Below are positions 33,930 through 42,878 of a stretch of 64,000 bases of DNA, piece by piece. Origin of the DNA: Candidatus Dormiibacterota bacterium (lineage in GTDB: Bacteria; Chloroflexota; Dormibacteria; Dormibacterales; Dormibacteraceae); NCBI GenBank assembly GCA_035717165.1, contig DASTIX010000014.1, positions 503 to 64,502 on the forward strand. The letters are read 5' to 3'. The notes under the pieces were generated by a model, which saw only the letters and a list, made by a program, of their open reading frames with translations, was not told where the DNA came from and did not search any database. The translations under genes and the position numbers were made by a program. Position 1 is the stretch's first letter. Each line of letters opens with the position of its first letter.

Positions 33930-35059
33930 CAAACTGTCCCCGCGAGCTTCGACCGGACCTTCGGCGCGGCTGATCGCGCAGCGCCGCAGGCGGGGCAGAA
34001 CGCCATCGCCGGCACGATGCGATGACACTCCGGACAGATCGAGTCCGGACCGATCTCATGCTCGGCGCCCTCGATGAGGAGTGCATCGTGGATGACCAGG
34101 CGGACGAAGAGAAGAAGGACCAGCGCTGCGACCACGAGGATTCCGAAGTCAAGCACCTGGTCCTGCACGACGAAGGCGAGGAGCGCCAGCAACAGCTGTA
34201 CGCCGAATCCAACCGCGAGCGCGGCCGGGACTCGCGAGTACCAGGGGCGCCCGGTCCGCCGGCGGTCGAAACGTCTGGACCAGATCGCCGATGCGATCGT
34301 CGCCGTCGTACAGGCGTTGATCAGCATCACGAGCAGACCGGCACGTGTCAGCCGGATGGCCCAATCGATCTCCGAGCCGTTTCCGACCAGCGGCTGCGTC
34401 AACAGCGGCCAAAGCTGCGTCAGCGTGCGGGAAAGCGTGAGGCCGAGCGCGGAGGCCGCACCGAAAATGAGGCCGTCGAGAGGCTCGCGAAACTGCGGCC
34501 TGAACCGATACAGCAACATCGGCCCCGCCAGCATCAACGCCTGGTCGACGATTGGGATCACGATGACGGCGAGCAGGAACGCGCCTCCCCGGTCGCCGGT
34601 CATCAGCCGGTCCGCGAGCGAACCGCCGAACGCATAGGCCGACACGAACCCAAGCAACGCGCCCGCGACCATCGTCGCGCCGAGCACCGTCCACGGCTCT
34701 TCCTCGTAGACCTCGACCTCGTAGAGGTAGATGAGGTAAAGGACCGGCAGGACCAGGACCGCGGCGGCGGTCGCCGGGGCGAAGAGATGGAGGGCCGCAA
34801 GGAACAGCACCACCGCCCCACCGACGATCAAGCCGATTCGAAAAGGCGCGCCGCGACGATGGGGTAGGTGAGGGAAGAGCGTCGTGACGATCGAGAGGTG
34901 TGCGACGTGCTCGGTCGGCGACGCCGCAAAAGAGTCCGTCCTGCGCTTGCTGCCCGCAGCGAGGTGCGCGCCGCAGTGCCCGCAGAAATCACCGACCGGC
35001 ACGACCGAACCACAGTGCGGGCAGGTGACGAGCGGCGGTCCTTCCACCGGCTCGCTCAC
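33929..35059 (-). CDS. PrsW-like polytopic membrane protein with N- and C-terminal zinc ribbons
   Basis: GTG 35059 overlaps the sedolisin stop as GTGA. CPHCGSVVPVGDFCGHCG at the N-terminus and CPECHRIVPAMAFCPACG at the C-terminus. EVYEEEPW and DGLIFGAASALG resemble PrsW motifs. Confidence 0.6.
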   Translation of the reverse strand: MSEPVEGPPLVTCPHCGSVVPVGDFCGHCGAHLAAGSKRRTDSFAASPTEHVAHLSIVTTLFPHLPHRRGAPFRIGLIVGGAVVLFLAALHLFAPATAAAVLVLPVLYLIYLYEVEVYEEEPWTVLGATMVAGALLGFVSAYAFGGSLADRLMTGDRGGAFLLAVIVIPIVDQALMLAGPMLLYRFRPQFREPLDGLIFGAASALGLTLSRTLTQLWPLLTQPLVGNGSEIDWAIRLTRAGLLVMLINACTTATIASAIWSRRFDRRRTGRPWYSRVPAALAVGFGVQLLLALLAFVVQDQVLDFGILVVAALVLLLFVRLVIHDALLIEGAEHEIGPDSICPECHRIVPAMAFCPACGAARSAAPKVRSKLAGTV

Positions 35060-36627
35060 GAGCCGCCGCCCTTGACGTACCGGATCCACGCCTCGTCGAG
35101 GGCTGCGCCGTCCATGCTGCCCCATCCGGTCGCGAAGTCCCACCCTGTGCCGGCGTCGTAGAAGAGGTTGTTGCCGGCCGCGATGTCGTGAAATGGCCGC
35201 GGGCTGAGCTTCGTGCCGTTCTCGCCCATCCAGTAGATCGCGGGATTGGCGAAGCCCGCTTCGCGTAGCCCTTTCTGCTTCAGGTCCTGGTTGATCAGCG
35301 CCACCGTCCCGGCCCACAGCGGAGTGGCCGCGGACGTGCCGCCCGCCTGGTCGTCGTGCCCCCGGAAGATGATGTGGAAGCCCGTCGACGGATCCGCGTC
35401 CGCGGCTACATCCGGAACCTGTCGTTCTCCATGCGCACCCGGCTGCGCTTCGTTCCGCTGGTAATCGGGCGTCCCGTAGAACTGGCTCGCGCCGCCGCCG
35501 CTGCCGCTCTGGTCGATCGGGCTGCCCCAGGCGTACTCCTGGAAGTACCCGCCCTGCGACGACTGGAACACCGACGTCCCACCGACCGCCGTGACGGTCG
35601 GCAGGGTCGAGGGAAAGCTCGCGGCGGCGGACTGATCCAGGCCGCACGTGTAGGCGCCGCTGTCCCCGCTGGCGACCAGATGCGTCATCCGCTGCGCGAC
35701 GGCGCGGTCCTCGATCGCGGCGTAGGTGTTGCGCACGCCGCCTGGAGTGTCTGTCTCGCACGAGCCGAGACTCTCCGAGATGATCGACCCGAGGTGATCG
35801 GTGACCATCTGGTCGAACGCGCGGTCCGTGTGCCCGAAATCGGCAGCCGAGAAATAGACGACCAGCTTGGCGGAGGGCGCCACCGAATGCGCGATCTCCA
35901 GGTCGAGCACCGTCTCGCCGGCGGGCTTCTCGGGCGTGCCCCAGCTCGGATCGCGCTTGGTCGTGAGCAGCGGCTCGAAGGCGGGGAGGCCAAACTTCGA
36001 AGCGAATCTGTCGAGGTCGCTCGTGTTGGGCATGTCGTCGATCTCAGGCAAGAGGATCGTCTGACCGCTGCCGTCCAGGCCTGCGTCGCGAAGCGGCTTG
36101 AGATCGTAGAAGCTCATGACGTCGACCGGTATCAGGCCTCCCGCCCTTATCGCGTAGCGCTGCAGGCGCGGATAGTCGTCCAGCCCGCTCACTCCGACGC
36201 TCACCGCGGCGATGGCGGGCGGCATCCGCGGTGGGGCGAGAGCCGCGTAAAAGGTTCGACCGTCGGGAAGGCGGTAGTCATGGATCTCGATCCCGAGCAG
36301 CTCCGCTGCGGCCGACGCCGGCCCGTCGGCAAGGATGAGGCTCGACGGTGGACGCGACCACGCGTGCATCCCTCCGAGCTCGAGCGCGTCGACGGCGGCA
36401 GCGATCGACTGGTCGCTCGGACGAGGCGAGCGCAGGCCGAAATCAAGGCTGACCGTAACGCTCGTACCGGCCGGACCTAGATCGGTCGACCGCTGAATCG
36501 CGCTGATCAGCGTGGGCGGAGGCTTGGAGATGGCGATGACGTCGTGGCGTGGCCCGGTCGAAGGCGAGGCGGCGCACGCGGAGGCGGCCGCGATGGTGAC
36601 GGCGAGGGCCACGGCCCGAAATTTCAT
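35056..36627 (-). CDS. S53 (sedolisin/kumamolisin-like) serine peptidase with propeptide
   Basis: Signal peptide MKFRAVALAVTIAAASAC. ETVLDLEIAHSVAP, VASGDSGAY and the catalytic Ser motif GGTSAATPLWAG. Confidence 0.85.
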   Translation of the reverse strand: MKFRAVALAVTIAAASACAASPSTGPRHDVIAISKPPPTLISAIQRSTDLGPAGTSVTVSLDFGLRSPRPSDQSIAAAVDALELGGMHAWSRPPSSLILADGPASAAAELLGIEIHDYRLPDGRTFYAALAPPRMPPAIAAVSVGVSGLDDYPRLQRYAIRAGGLIPVDVMSFYDLKPLRDAGLDGSGQTILLPEIDDMPNTSDLDRFASKFGLPAFEPLLTTKRDPSWGTPEKPAGETVLDLEIAHSVAPSAKLVVYFSAADFGHTDRAFDQMVTDHLGSIISESLGSCETDTPGGVRNTYAAIEDRAVAQRMTHLVASGDSGAYTCGLDQSAAASFPSTLPTVTAVGGTSVFQSSQGGYFQEYAWGSPIDQSGSGGGASQFYGTPDYQRNEAQPGAHGERQVPDVAADADPSTGFHIIFRGHDDQAGGTSAATPLWAGTVALINQDLKQKGLREAGFANPAIYWMGENGTKLSPRPFHDIAAGNNLFYDAGTGWDFATGWGSMDGAALDEAWIRYVKGGGS

Positions 36628-37505
36628 GGGACGGTAGCTTCCCAGACCTCGGCCTCGTATACCACCTCAAACCCGAGCTTGAGGTACACGTCATAGGCTC
36701 GCATCGGGTTGAGCGCGTCGACATACAGCGAGACGTGACGAGCGCCACACCGCTGCAGTCGGTGGAGCTCTTCCGCGACGAGCCAAGCCGCGAGGCCATG
36801 GCGTCGATGCTCAGGGACGGTGCCGACTGAGCTCACGAGACCCAGCGGCTGCGGCCTGGAGTCATCTGGAAGATCGTCCATCTCCGCGAGCGTGATGGCG
36901 GCGGGCTCGCGGCCTTGCGACGTCACGGCCATCAGGCAGAGCTCGGGAGCCTTGCCTGCCACGATCTCGGCTTCGGAACGCGGTGCCGATCGCCAGTGAT
37001 CGGCGAACGAGCGGTTGAACGTGTCGGCCCATGTACCGGGCGCCGCACCGGCCGCGTCGATCAGCTCGTAGCCCAGCGACGGCTCGACGCTCGGCAATAC
37101 GCCGGTCAAAGATCGGTCCATGCGCCACCACGGGCGTACCGCCTCGAGCCCCAGCTCGCGAAGGCCCGCGCCGTGTCCCTTCGCCGCCATCGTGTGTATG
37201 ACGGTCGCGCCGGCCGCTCGCGCGTACTGAACGCCCCACGCAACCATATCCGCATAGGCACCGCCGCGGCCCGCTGCATAGATGTCGGCGAGCACGCCAT
37301 CCGGCGATGGGCGGGCAGTCACGAACACTGCGCCTTCGAGATGTCCATCGGCTTCGATGACGCGCGAGCTGGCGTCCCAGTCGAAACGCGCCAGTCGCGA
37401 TCGCGTGCGTTCTTCGCTCGGCGCGGAATCCTGCCGCCGCACTTCCACCTCGTGGCGCCAAACGTCGACGATCTGATGCACGTCCCCCAGGCGTCCAGGT
37501 CTCAA
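36624..37505 (-). CDS. double-GNAT acetyltransferase (MshD-like architecture)
   Basis: 293-aa ORF with two acetyltransferase-like halves. The C-terminal half carries HRRHGLAAWLVAE. TTG 37505 overlaps the CDF stop. The stop overlaps the sedolisin ATG as ATGA. Confidence 0.65.
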   Translation of the reverse strand: MRPGRLGDVHQIVDVWRHEVEVRRQDSAPSEERTRSRLARFDWDASSRVIEADGHLEGAVFVTARPSPDGVLADIYAAGRGGAYADMVAWGVQYARAAGATVIHTMAAKGHGAGLRELGLEAVRPWWRMDRSLTGVLPSVEPSLGYELIDAAGAAPGTWADTFNRSFADHWRSAPRSEAEIVAGKAPELCLMAVTSQGREPAAITLAEMDDLPDDSRPQPLGLVSSVGTVPEHRRHGLAAWLVAEELHRLQRCGARHVSLYVDALNPMRAYDVYLKLGFEVVYEAEVWEATVP

Positions 37506-38926
37506 GCGGTTACGCGTGTGACTACCTCGTGGACCTCGGGAACGCGGTTGAGGATCATCTCCTCGAGCTGACTCTCGACGTCGTGCGCGTGCTCGAGCGT
37601 CATGTCGCCGGCGACCTCCGCGACGACATGCGCGTGGATGCGGTTGCGCCTGTCGCTGAGCTCGACGTCGACGAGCCGCTTGACGTCGGGATGCGACTCC
37701 ACCACCTCCCGCACGCGCTCCGCCAGTTGCGTCCGGCGCGACGTGACGTCCTCGCCCGGGACGACTTCGGGCTCGATCGGCTCGAGGTGAATGTCGATGC
37801 GACCGACCTCAGGAAGCTCGGCCTTGATCGACCGTTCCAGGTCGCGACTCGTGTTGCTTGCGTTGGCAAGCTGCAGCTCGCCGGGCAGCTTGGCGTGCAT
37901 CGTGAGGTGGAGTGACCCGTCCGCCTCGCGTTCGACGGTGACGTTGTGAAGATCGCGCACGCCGCCGTTGCGCGCGGCGGCGGCATGTATCCGCTCCACG
38001 ATGTCGAATTGCCGCTGCTCTCCCTGCACCGAGACGGCGAGATCGAGATCGGGGAGAACCGATCGAGCGCGAGTCTTGACGTCGTCGACCAGCGCGCCCG
38101 CCGCCTCCACCGAGAGCATGCGGCCGGTCGTGATGCTGGCGTCGCCGATGAGAGTGGGACCGGATCTCCGAACCCTGACTGAGCGGACGTCGCGCACACC
38201 GTCGACCTTACGAATCGCGTCGCGCAGCTCCTTCTCGGCGCCGGCCGGTGCGCGGTCTATGAGGATGTCGCCTGACCGCCACGCAAGCAGACCGGCCGCC
38301 CGGCCTACGATCCCGGCGACCAGAAGCGCGGCAACCGAGTCGGCCCACGTGAGTCCGAACCGCACACCGACCAGACCCGCGAGTACACCAAGCGTGGCGA
38401 GGACGTCGGACAGGCGGTTGGTGGCGTCGGCGAGCATCGCCTCGCTCGAAGCCATCCGGCCGACGCGCAGCAACACGGCCGCACGGCCGGACTCGATGAC
38501 GAGCGTGGCGATAAGGAGCGCAAACGCGTAACCCGCCGCATCCACTGGCGGTCCGCCGAAAACCAGGCGGCGGACAGCCTCGAACACGATCAGGACGGCG
38601 GTGACGATGAGCAGAATCCCCTCGGCGAAAGCGGCCAGGTTCTCGGTGCGGCCGTGGCCGTAGGGGTGCTCGGTGTCCGCGGGCTTGCGCGACGTGCGGA
38701 CGGCGACCAGCGTGAACACGCTCGCGGCCAGGTCGAGAAACGAATGCGCAGCCTCGCTGAGGATGCCGAGGCTCCCGGTCAGGAGTCCGACGACGAGCTT
38801 GGCCAAGACCAGGACGACGCCGACGCCGACCGAGGCGATGGCGACGAGCTCCGGGCGGCGGCCGAAACGTGTCACGGCGCCCACTTTAAAGGCACGTTTA
38901 ACCGTCGCCGGGAGCGTGGTAAGCAC
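37502..38926 (-). CDS. cation diffusion facilitator transporter with three tandem C-terminal cytoplasmic domains
   Basis: TM core with LSEAAHSFLDLAAS and HPYGHGRTE. aa 231-474 contain three ~80-aa ZT_dimer-like repeats. Confidence 0.8.
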   Translation of the reverse strand: MLTTLPATVKRAFKVGAVTRFGRRPELVAIASVGVGVVLVLAKLVVGLLTGSLGILSEAAHSFLDLAASVFTLVAVRTSRKPADTEHPYGHGRTENLAAFAEGILLIVTAVLIVFEAVRRLVFGGPPVDAAGYAFALLIATLVIESGRAAVLLRVGRMASSEAMLADATNRLSDVLATLGVLAGLVGVRFGLTWADSVAALLVAGIVGRAAGLLAWRSGDILIDRAPAGAEKELRDAIRKVDGVRDVRSVRVRRSGPTLIGDASITTGRMLSVEAAGALVDDVKTRARSVLPDLDLAVSVQGEQRQFDIVERIHAAAARNGGVRDLHNVTVEREADGSLHLTMHAKLPGELQLANASNTSRDLERSIKAELPEVGRIDIHLEPIEPEVVPGEDVTSRRTQLAERVREVVESHPDVKRLVDVELSDRRNRIHAHVVAEVAGDMTLEHAHDVESQLEEMILNRVPEVHEVVTRVTA

Positions 38927-38949
38927 CTCATGAAAATTCCCTACAGGAG

Positions 38950-39444
38950 GTGCGTGGCAAGTTGAGCATCACGTGGTGGAGTCCAAACTCGGACGTGCGC
39001 AGTGCGGCCCGGGCGATGGACCGTCTGATCGAGCAGTTCTTCGGAGAGCAGACGCCCGACAGCAACGCTTCCTCGGCCCCGCCGACCTACTACCTGCCGG
39101 TCGACATCTTCGAAAGCGATACGGCGTACACGCTCGTCACATCGGTGCCAGGTTTCAAGGAAAGCCAGGTCGAGGTCACGTTCGACGACGGGATCCTCTC
39201 GATCAAGGCGAAGGCCGACGAGCACAGAGCGCCGGGCCGCTGGCTCCGACAGGAGCGACCGTACGGCTCGTTCGTCCGGCGGCTCGAAGTGCCGCAGCAG
39301 GTCGAGACGGGCAAGATCAGCGCCCACTTCGACAATGGCGAGCTAACGATCACGATCCCGAAGACGGCCAAGCCGAAGCCGGTAAAGATCGAGATCGGCA
39401 CCGGAGGCAAGCCGGTCGACAAGCAGATCGCGGCGAAGGCGTAA
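38950..39444 (+). CDS. Hsp20/alpha-crystallin small heat-shock protein
   Basis: PVDIFESDTAYTLVTSVPGFKESQVEVTFDDGILSIKA...FDNGELTITIPK. AGGAGG at 38945-38950. TTG 38962 is perhaps the real start. Confidence 0.85.
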   Translation: MRGKLSITWWSPNSDVRSAARAMDRLIEQFFGEQTPDSNASSAPPTYYLPVDIFESDTAYTLVTSVPGFKESQVEVTFDDGILSIKAKADEHRAPGRWLRQERPYGSFVRRLEVPQQVETGKISAHFDNGELTITIPKTAKPKPVKIEIGTGGKPVDKQIAAKA

Positions 39445-39457
39445 GTCCGCTTCGAAG

Positions 39458-39482
39458 AGCGCGCCCCGCAACGGGGCGCGCT
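39458..39482. terminator. bidirectional-type GC hairpin AGCGCGCCCC-GCAAC-GGGGCGCGCT followed by TTCTCT
   Basis: Perfect 10-bp stem between the convergent hsp20 stop (39444) and K+ channel stop (39513). Confidence 0.6.
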
Positions 39483-39512
39483 TTCTCTATGAAGCTTGTG
39501 CCGGCAGAACGC

Positions 39513-40517
39513 TCAGCGAAGTTTCGATGCGCTCGCGAAGAGCTGGTCTTCGGTGCCGAGGGCGATCACGAGGTCGCCCTCGTCGAGCCTGGCGTCCGGT
39601 GGCGGATTGACGTTGACGCTGCCGTCGGGTTTGCGGACGGCGAGGACCTTGGCCGCGTCTGACGCGAGGAGCCCGGCCTGCTCGAGCGTCTTGCCGATCG
39701 CCTTGGTCTGCGCGACCACCATCATCTCCTCGACGCCGATGCCGGCCTCGCCGTGGTGCAGCGTGTCGAGAACGTCGACCATCGCCGGCCGGATCGCGAG
39801 CTCAGCCATGCGGTGGCCGGCCATCACGTAAGGCGAGATCGTTCGCGTCGCGCCCGCGAGCTCCAAGCGACGGATGGAATCGGGCCTTCCCGCGCGGGCG
39901 ACGATGTACAGCTTCGGATTGAACGCGCGCGCGGCGAGCACGATGTAGACCGCGCGCTCGTCCGAATCGACCGCGGAGACGAGTCCGCGAGCGCGCTCGA
40001 TGCCCGCCTGCTTGAGGACCTCCTCCTTCGACGCGTCGCCCTCGATGTGAAGCCGTCCCTCGGCGCGAATCCGCTCGAGCGCCTCCTCGGTCTGGTCGAT
40101 CACGACGTAGGGAACCTTGTGGTCCTCGAACTCGGCGACGACCTGCGTGCCGATGCGGCCGTAGCCGCAGATGATGAAGTGGTCGCGCAAAGCGTCGAGG
40201 TCTCGCTGCAACTGTCGCTCTCTCCGATACCTGCCGAATGCATTGTCCGCCAGAGTCTCGGCGAACACACCGAAGCCGTAGAGCATGGTGCCCACGCCGA
40301 CGACGATGAGGACGGAGCTGAACAGCCGCCCGACGGTGCCCTGTGGGTGTACCTCGCCATACCCGACGGTGCTGATCGTGATGATGGTCATGTAGAAGGC
40401 GTCTTCGATGCTCCATCCGTTGATGAGCATGTAGCCGCCGACACCGACCACAAGGACGACGGCGAGCATGATGGCGGCGAGGCGAAAACGGCGGAGCGGA
40501 TGCTCCATTCGCCTCAT
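39513..40517 (-). CDS. two-TM potassium channel with RCK/TrkA-N and TrkA-C domains
   Basis: Selectivity filter TISTVGYGE. RCK Rossmann motif HFIICGYGRIGTQV. Confidence 0.9.
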   Translation of the reverse strand: MRRMEHPLRRFRLAAIMLAVVLVVGVGGYMLINGWSIEDAFYMTIITISTVGYGEVHPQGTVGRLFSSVLIVVGVGTMLYGFGVFAETLADNAFGRYRRERQLQRDLDALRDHFIICGYGRIGTQVVAEFEDHKVPYVVIDQTEEALERIRAEGRLHIEGDASKEEVLKQAGIERARGLVSAVDSDERAVYIVLAARAFNPKLYIVARAGRPDSIRRLELAGATRTISPYVMAGHRMAELAIRPAMVDVLDTLHHGEAGIGVEEMMVVAQTKAIGKTLEQAGLLASDAAKVLAVRKPDGSVNVNPPPDARLDEGDLVIALGTEDQLFASASKLR

Positions 40518-40529
40518 CGCGACAGCGCT

Positions 40530-41942
40530 CTAACCGCCTCCGCCCGGACCTTCGAGACCTGGCTTGGTCATCTTGCCGAGATCGAGCACCTTGTTCAGCT
40601 CGCGCTCGCTGACGCCGCGCCCGCGCGCCAGCTGCCGGATCGAGCGGCCGGTGCGGATCGACTCCTTCGCCAGCTTCGCGGCTTCGTCGTAGCCGATCAC
40701 GGGATTGAGCGCGGTCGCAAGCATGGGGCTGCGCTCGACGAGCTCGGGTCCGCGGTCGGTCGCCTGCAGGCCTTCGACGCAGCGCTCGGAAAAGTTGCGC
40801 GTTGCGGCAGCGAGCAGGGTGATCGACTCCAGGATCGCCTGGGCTGCCACCGGCATCATGACGTTGAGCTCGAAGAAGCTTCCGCTCTGCGCCGAGACGA
40901 GCACCGTCGTGTCGTTGCCGTAAACGCGCGCGATGACCATGAGCAGCGACTCGATGATCACGGGGTTGACCTTGCCCGGCATGATGCTCGACCCGGGCTG
41001 GGTTTCAGGAAGGCGCAGCTCACCCAGGCCTGCGATGGGGCCGGTTCCCATCAGGCGAATGTCGGAGCCGATCTTCCAGAGGCTGGTGGCGATCGTGCGC
41101 AATCCGCCATGAGCAGCAAGAAGGGCGTCGAGCGTCGCCTGCGCGTGGAAGTGATTGTTGGTCTCCCTGACCGCCACGCCGGTCGCTTTGGCGAGCCGAG
41201 CGGCGGTCGCTTTCGCGTACTGCGGATGTGAGTTGATGCCCGTGCCAACCGCTGTGCCTCCCAGCGGCACGCGCGCAAGCTCTTCGATCGCACCTTCAGC
41301 ACGGCGAATCGATTCCTCGGCCTGGCCGGCGTAACCCCTGAACTCCTGACCGAGACGAATTGGGGTGGCGTCCTGCAGGTGCGTGCGGCCCGTCTTGACG
41401 AGGGGCCAGAACTCCTTGCTCTTCGCGTCCAGCGCGCGCTCGAGCCGCTGCAGCGCTGGGATGAGCTCGTCTTTGATCGCCATCGCGGCCGCGAGCTGGA
41501 TCGCAGTCGGGATCACGTCGTTCGACGACTGGCACAGGTTGACGTGGTCGTTGGGATGAACCAGCTTGGAGCCGCGCTCGCCGCCGAGGATCTCGGTGGC
41601 GCGATTGGCGATGACCTCGTTGGCGTTGGTGTTGGTCGACGTCCCCGAACCGGTCTGGTAGACGTCGATCGGAAACTGATCGTCGAGCTTGCCGTCGATG
41701 ACCTCTTGCGCGGCCGCGGCGATCGCGCGTGCGCGGCGCCGGGGGAGGAGGCCGAGGTCGCGGTTGGTCTGAGCAGCGGCGCGTTTGACCACGCCGAGCG
41801 CACGGATGAACCGGCGCGGCATCGGATCGCCGGAGATCGGGAAGTTCAGGACGGCGCGCTGGGTCGAGGCGCCGTAGTACGCGTCGGCGGGCACCTCCAT
41901 CTCGCCCATGGAATCCTTCTCGATTCGCGTTCGCCTAGCCAA
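40530..41942 (-). CDS. fumC: class II fumarate hydratase
   Basis: RIEKDSMGEMEVPADAYYG, QTGSGTSTNTNANEVIANRA, and the signature GSSIMPGKVNP. TTG 41942 gives 470 aa. ATG 41909 is an alternative start. The 1083-aa ORF extension is rejected. Confidence 0.9.
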   Translation of the reverse strand: MARRTRIEKDSMGEMEVPADAYYGASTQRAVLNFPISGDPMPRRFIRALGVVKRAAAQTNRDLGLLPRRRARAIAAAAQEVIDGKLDDQFPIDVYQTGSGTSTNTNANEVIANRATEILGGERGSKLVHPNDHVNLCQSSNDVIPTAIQLAAAMAIKDELIPALQRLERALDAKSKEFWPLVKTGRTHLQDATPIRLGQEFRGYAGQAEESIRRAEGAIEELARVPLGGTAVGTGINSHPQYAKATAARLAKATGVAVRETNNHFHAQATLDALLAAHGGLRTIATSLWKIGSDIRLMGTGPIAGLGELRLPETQPGSSIMPGKVNPVIIESLLMVIARVYGNDTTVLVSAQSGSFFELNVMMPVAAQAILESITLLAAATRNFSERCVEGLQATDRGPELVERSPMLATALNPVIGYDEAAKLAKESIRTGRSIRQLARGRGVSERELNKVLDLGKMTKPGLEGPGGGG

Positions 41943-41969
41943 CGAAGGTGATTCTAAAGTTCCGTTCAA

Positions 41970-42869
41970 ATGCGTCTGGCGGCGCTCGACATCGGCTCCA
42001 ACACCATCCACGTCCTGGTCGCGGACGTCGTTCGCGGCAAGCTCGTCGACGTCGGTCACTACGTGCAGGAGCCGGAGCTCGGTCCGCAGGTCGCCAAGCG
42101 CGGCGCGATCGGCAGCCGGGCACGCGTGGCGCTGCGGGCGCTGCGCACGGTCATCACCGAAGCGCGGCAGCACGGCTACGACGAGTTGATCGCCTGCGCG
42201 ACGGAGGCGGTGCGGCAGGCGCGAGACGGGCCGGATTTCGTGAAACAGGCGAGCGCGGCGATCGGTGCGCCGGTTCGAATCATCTCGGCCAAACGCGAGG
42301 CGGAGCTCAGCTTTCTCGGGGCGGCCAGCCGGCACGCGATCCGGCGCGAGTGGGCGCTCGTCGACATGGGCGGCGCGTCCACCGAGATCGTGATCGCCGA
42401 GGGCCACATGATGCTGAAGTCGACGAGCCTGCCCATCGGCTCCGGCGTGCTGGCGTCGACCTACCTCGCCGACCCTCCCAAGCCGGAGCAGCGCGCACGC
42501 CTGCGCAAGGCGGCGCTGCGCGAGCTCGGAGCGGCGCCGGACGGAGACGTCGAACGGCTCGTCGCTACTGGCGGCACCGCCTCCAACCTGCCCTCGATCC
42601 TGGCGCGGCGCAATCCGCCCATGGTCCTGACCACCGCCGACCTGCTGACCTGCGAGGGCCGGCTCGACGGCCACCGCGCGAGCCATCTCGCCGCCCGATA
42701 CGGGCTGCCGGCCAGCCGGATCAAGGCGCTCCGTGCCGGCATCGAAGCTCTGCTTCTCCTCCTCGACTGGTACGGCCTGGCGCTGCTTCACGTCAGCCAC
42801 GAAGGCCTGCGCCACGGAATGCAGCTCGCATACCTGGAACGAGGAGAGGATTGGTGGCGGGACGGGTAA
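41970..42869 (+). CDS. Ppx/GppA-family phosphatase
   Basis: MRLAALDIGSNTIHVLVADV...VDMGGASTEIV, an ASKHA-fold Ppx/GppA N-terminal pattern. Confidence 0.8.
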   Translation: MRLAALDIGSNTIHVLVADVVRGKLVDVGHYVQEPELGPQVAKRGAIGSRARVALRALRTVITEARQHGYDELIACATEAVRQARDGPDFVKQASAAIGAPVRIISAKREAELSFLGAASRHAIRREWALVDMGGASTEIVIAEGHMMLKSTSLPIGSGVLASTYLADPPKPEQRARLRKAALRELGAAPDGDVERLVATGGTASNLPSILARRNPPMVLTTADLLTCEGRLDGHRASHLAARYGLPASRIKALRAGIEALLLLLDWYGLALLHVSHEGLRHGMQLAYLERGEDWWRDG

Positions 42870-42878
42870 ATTGAACTC

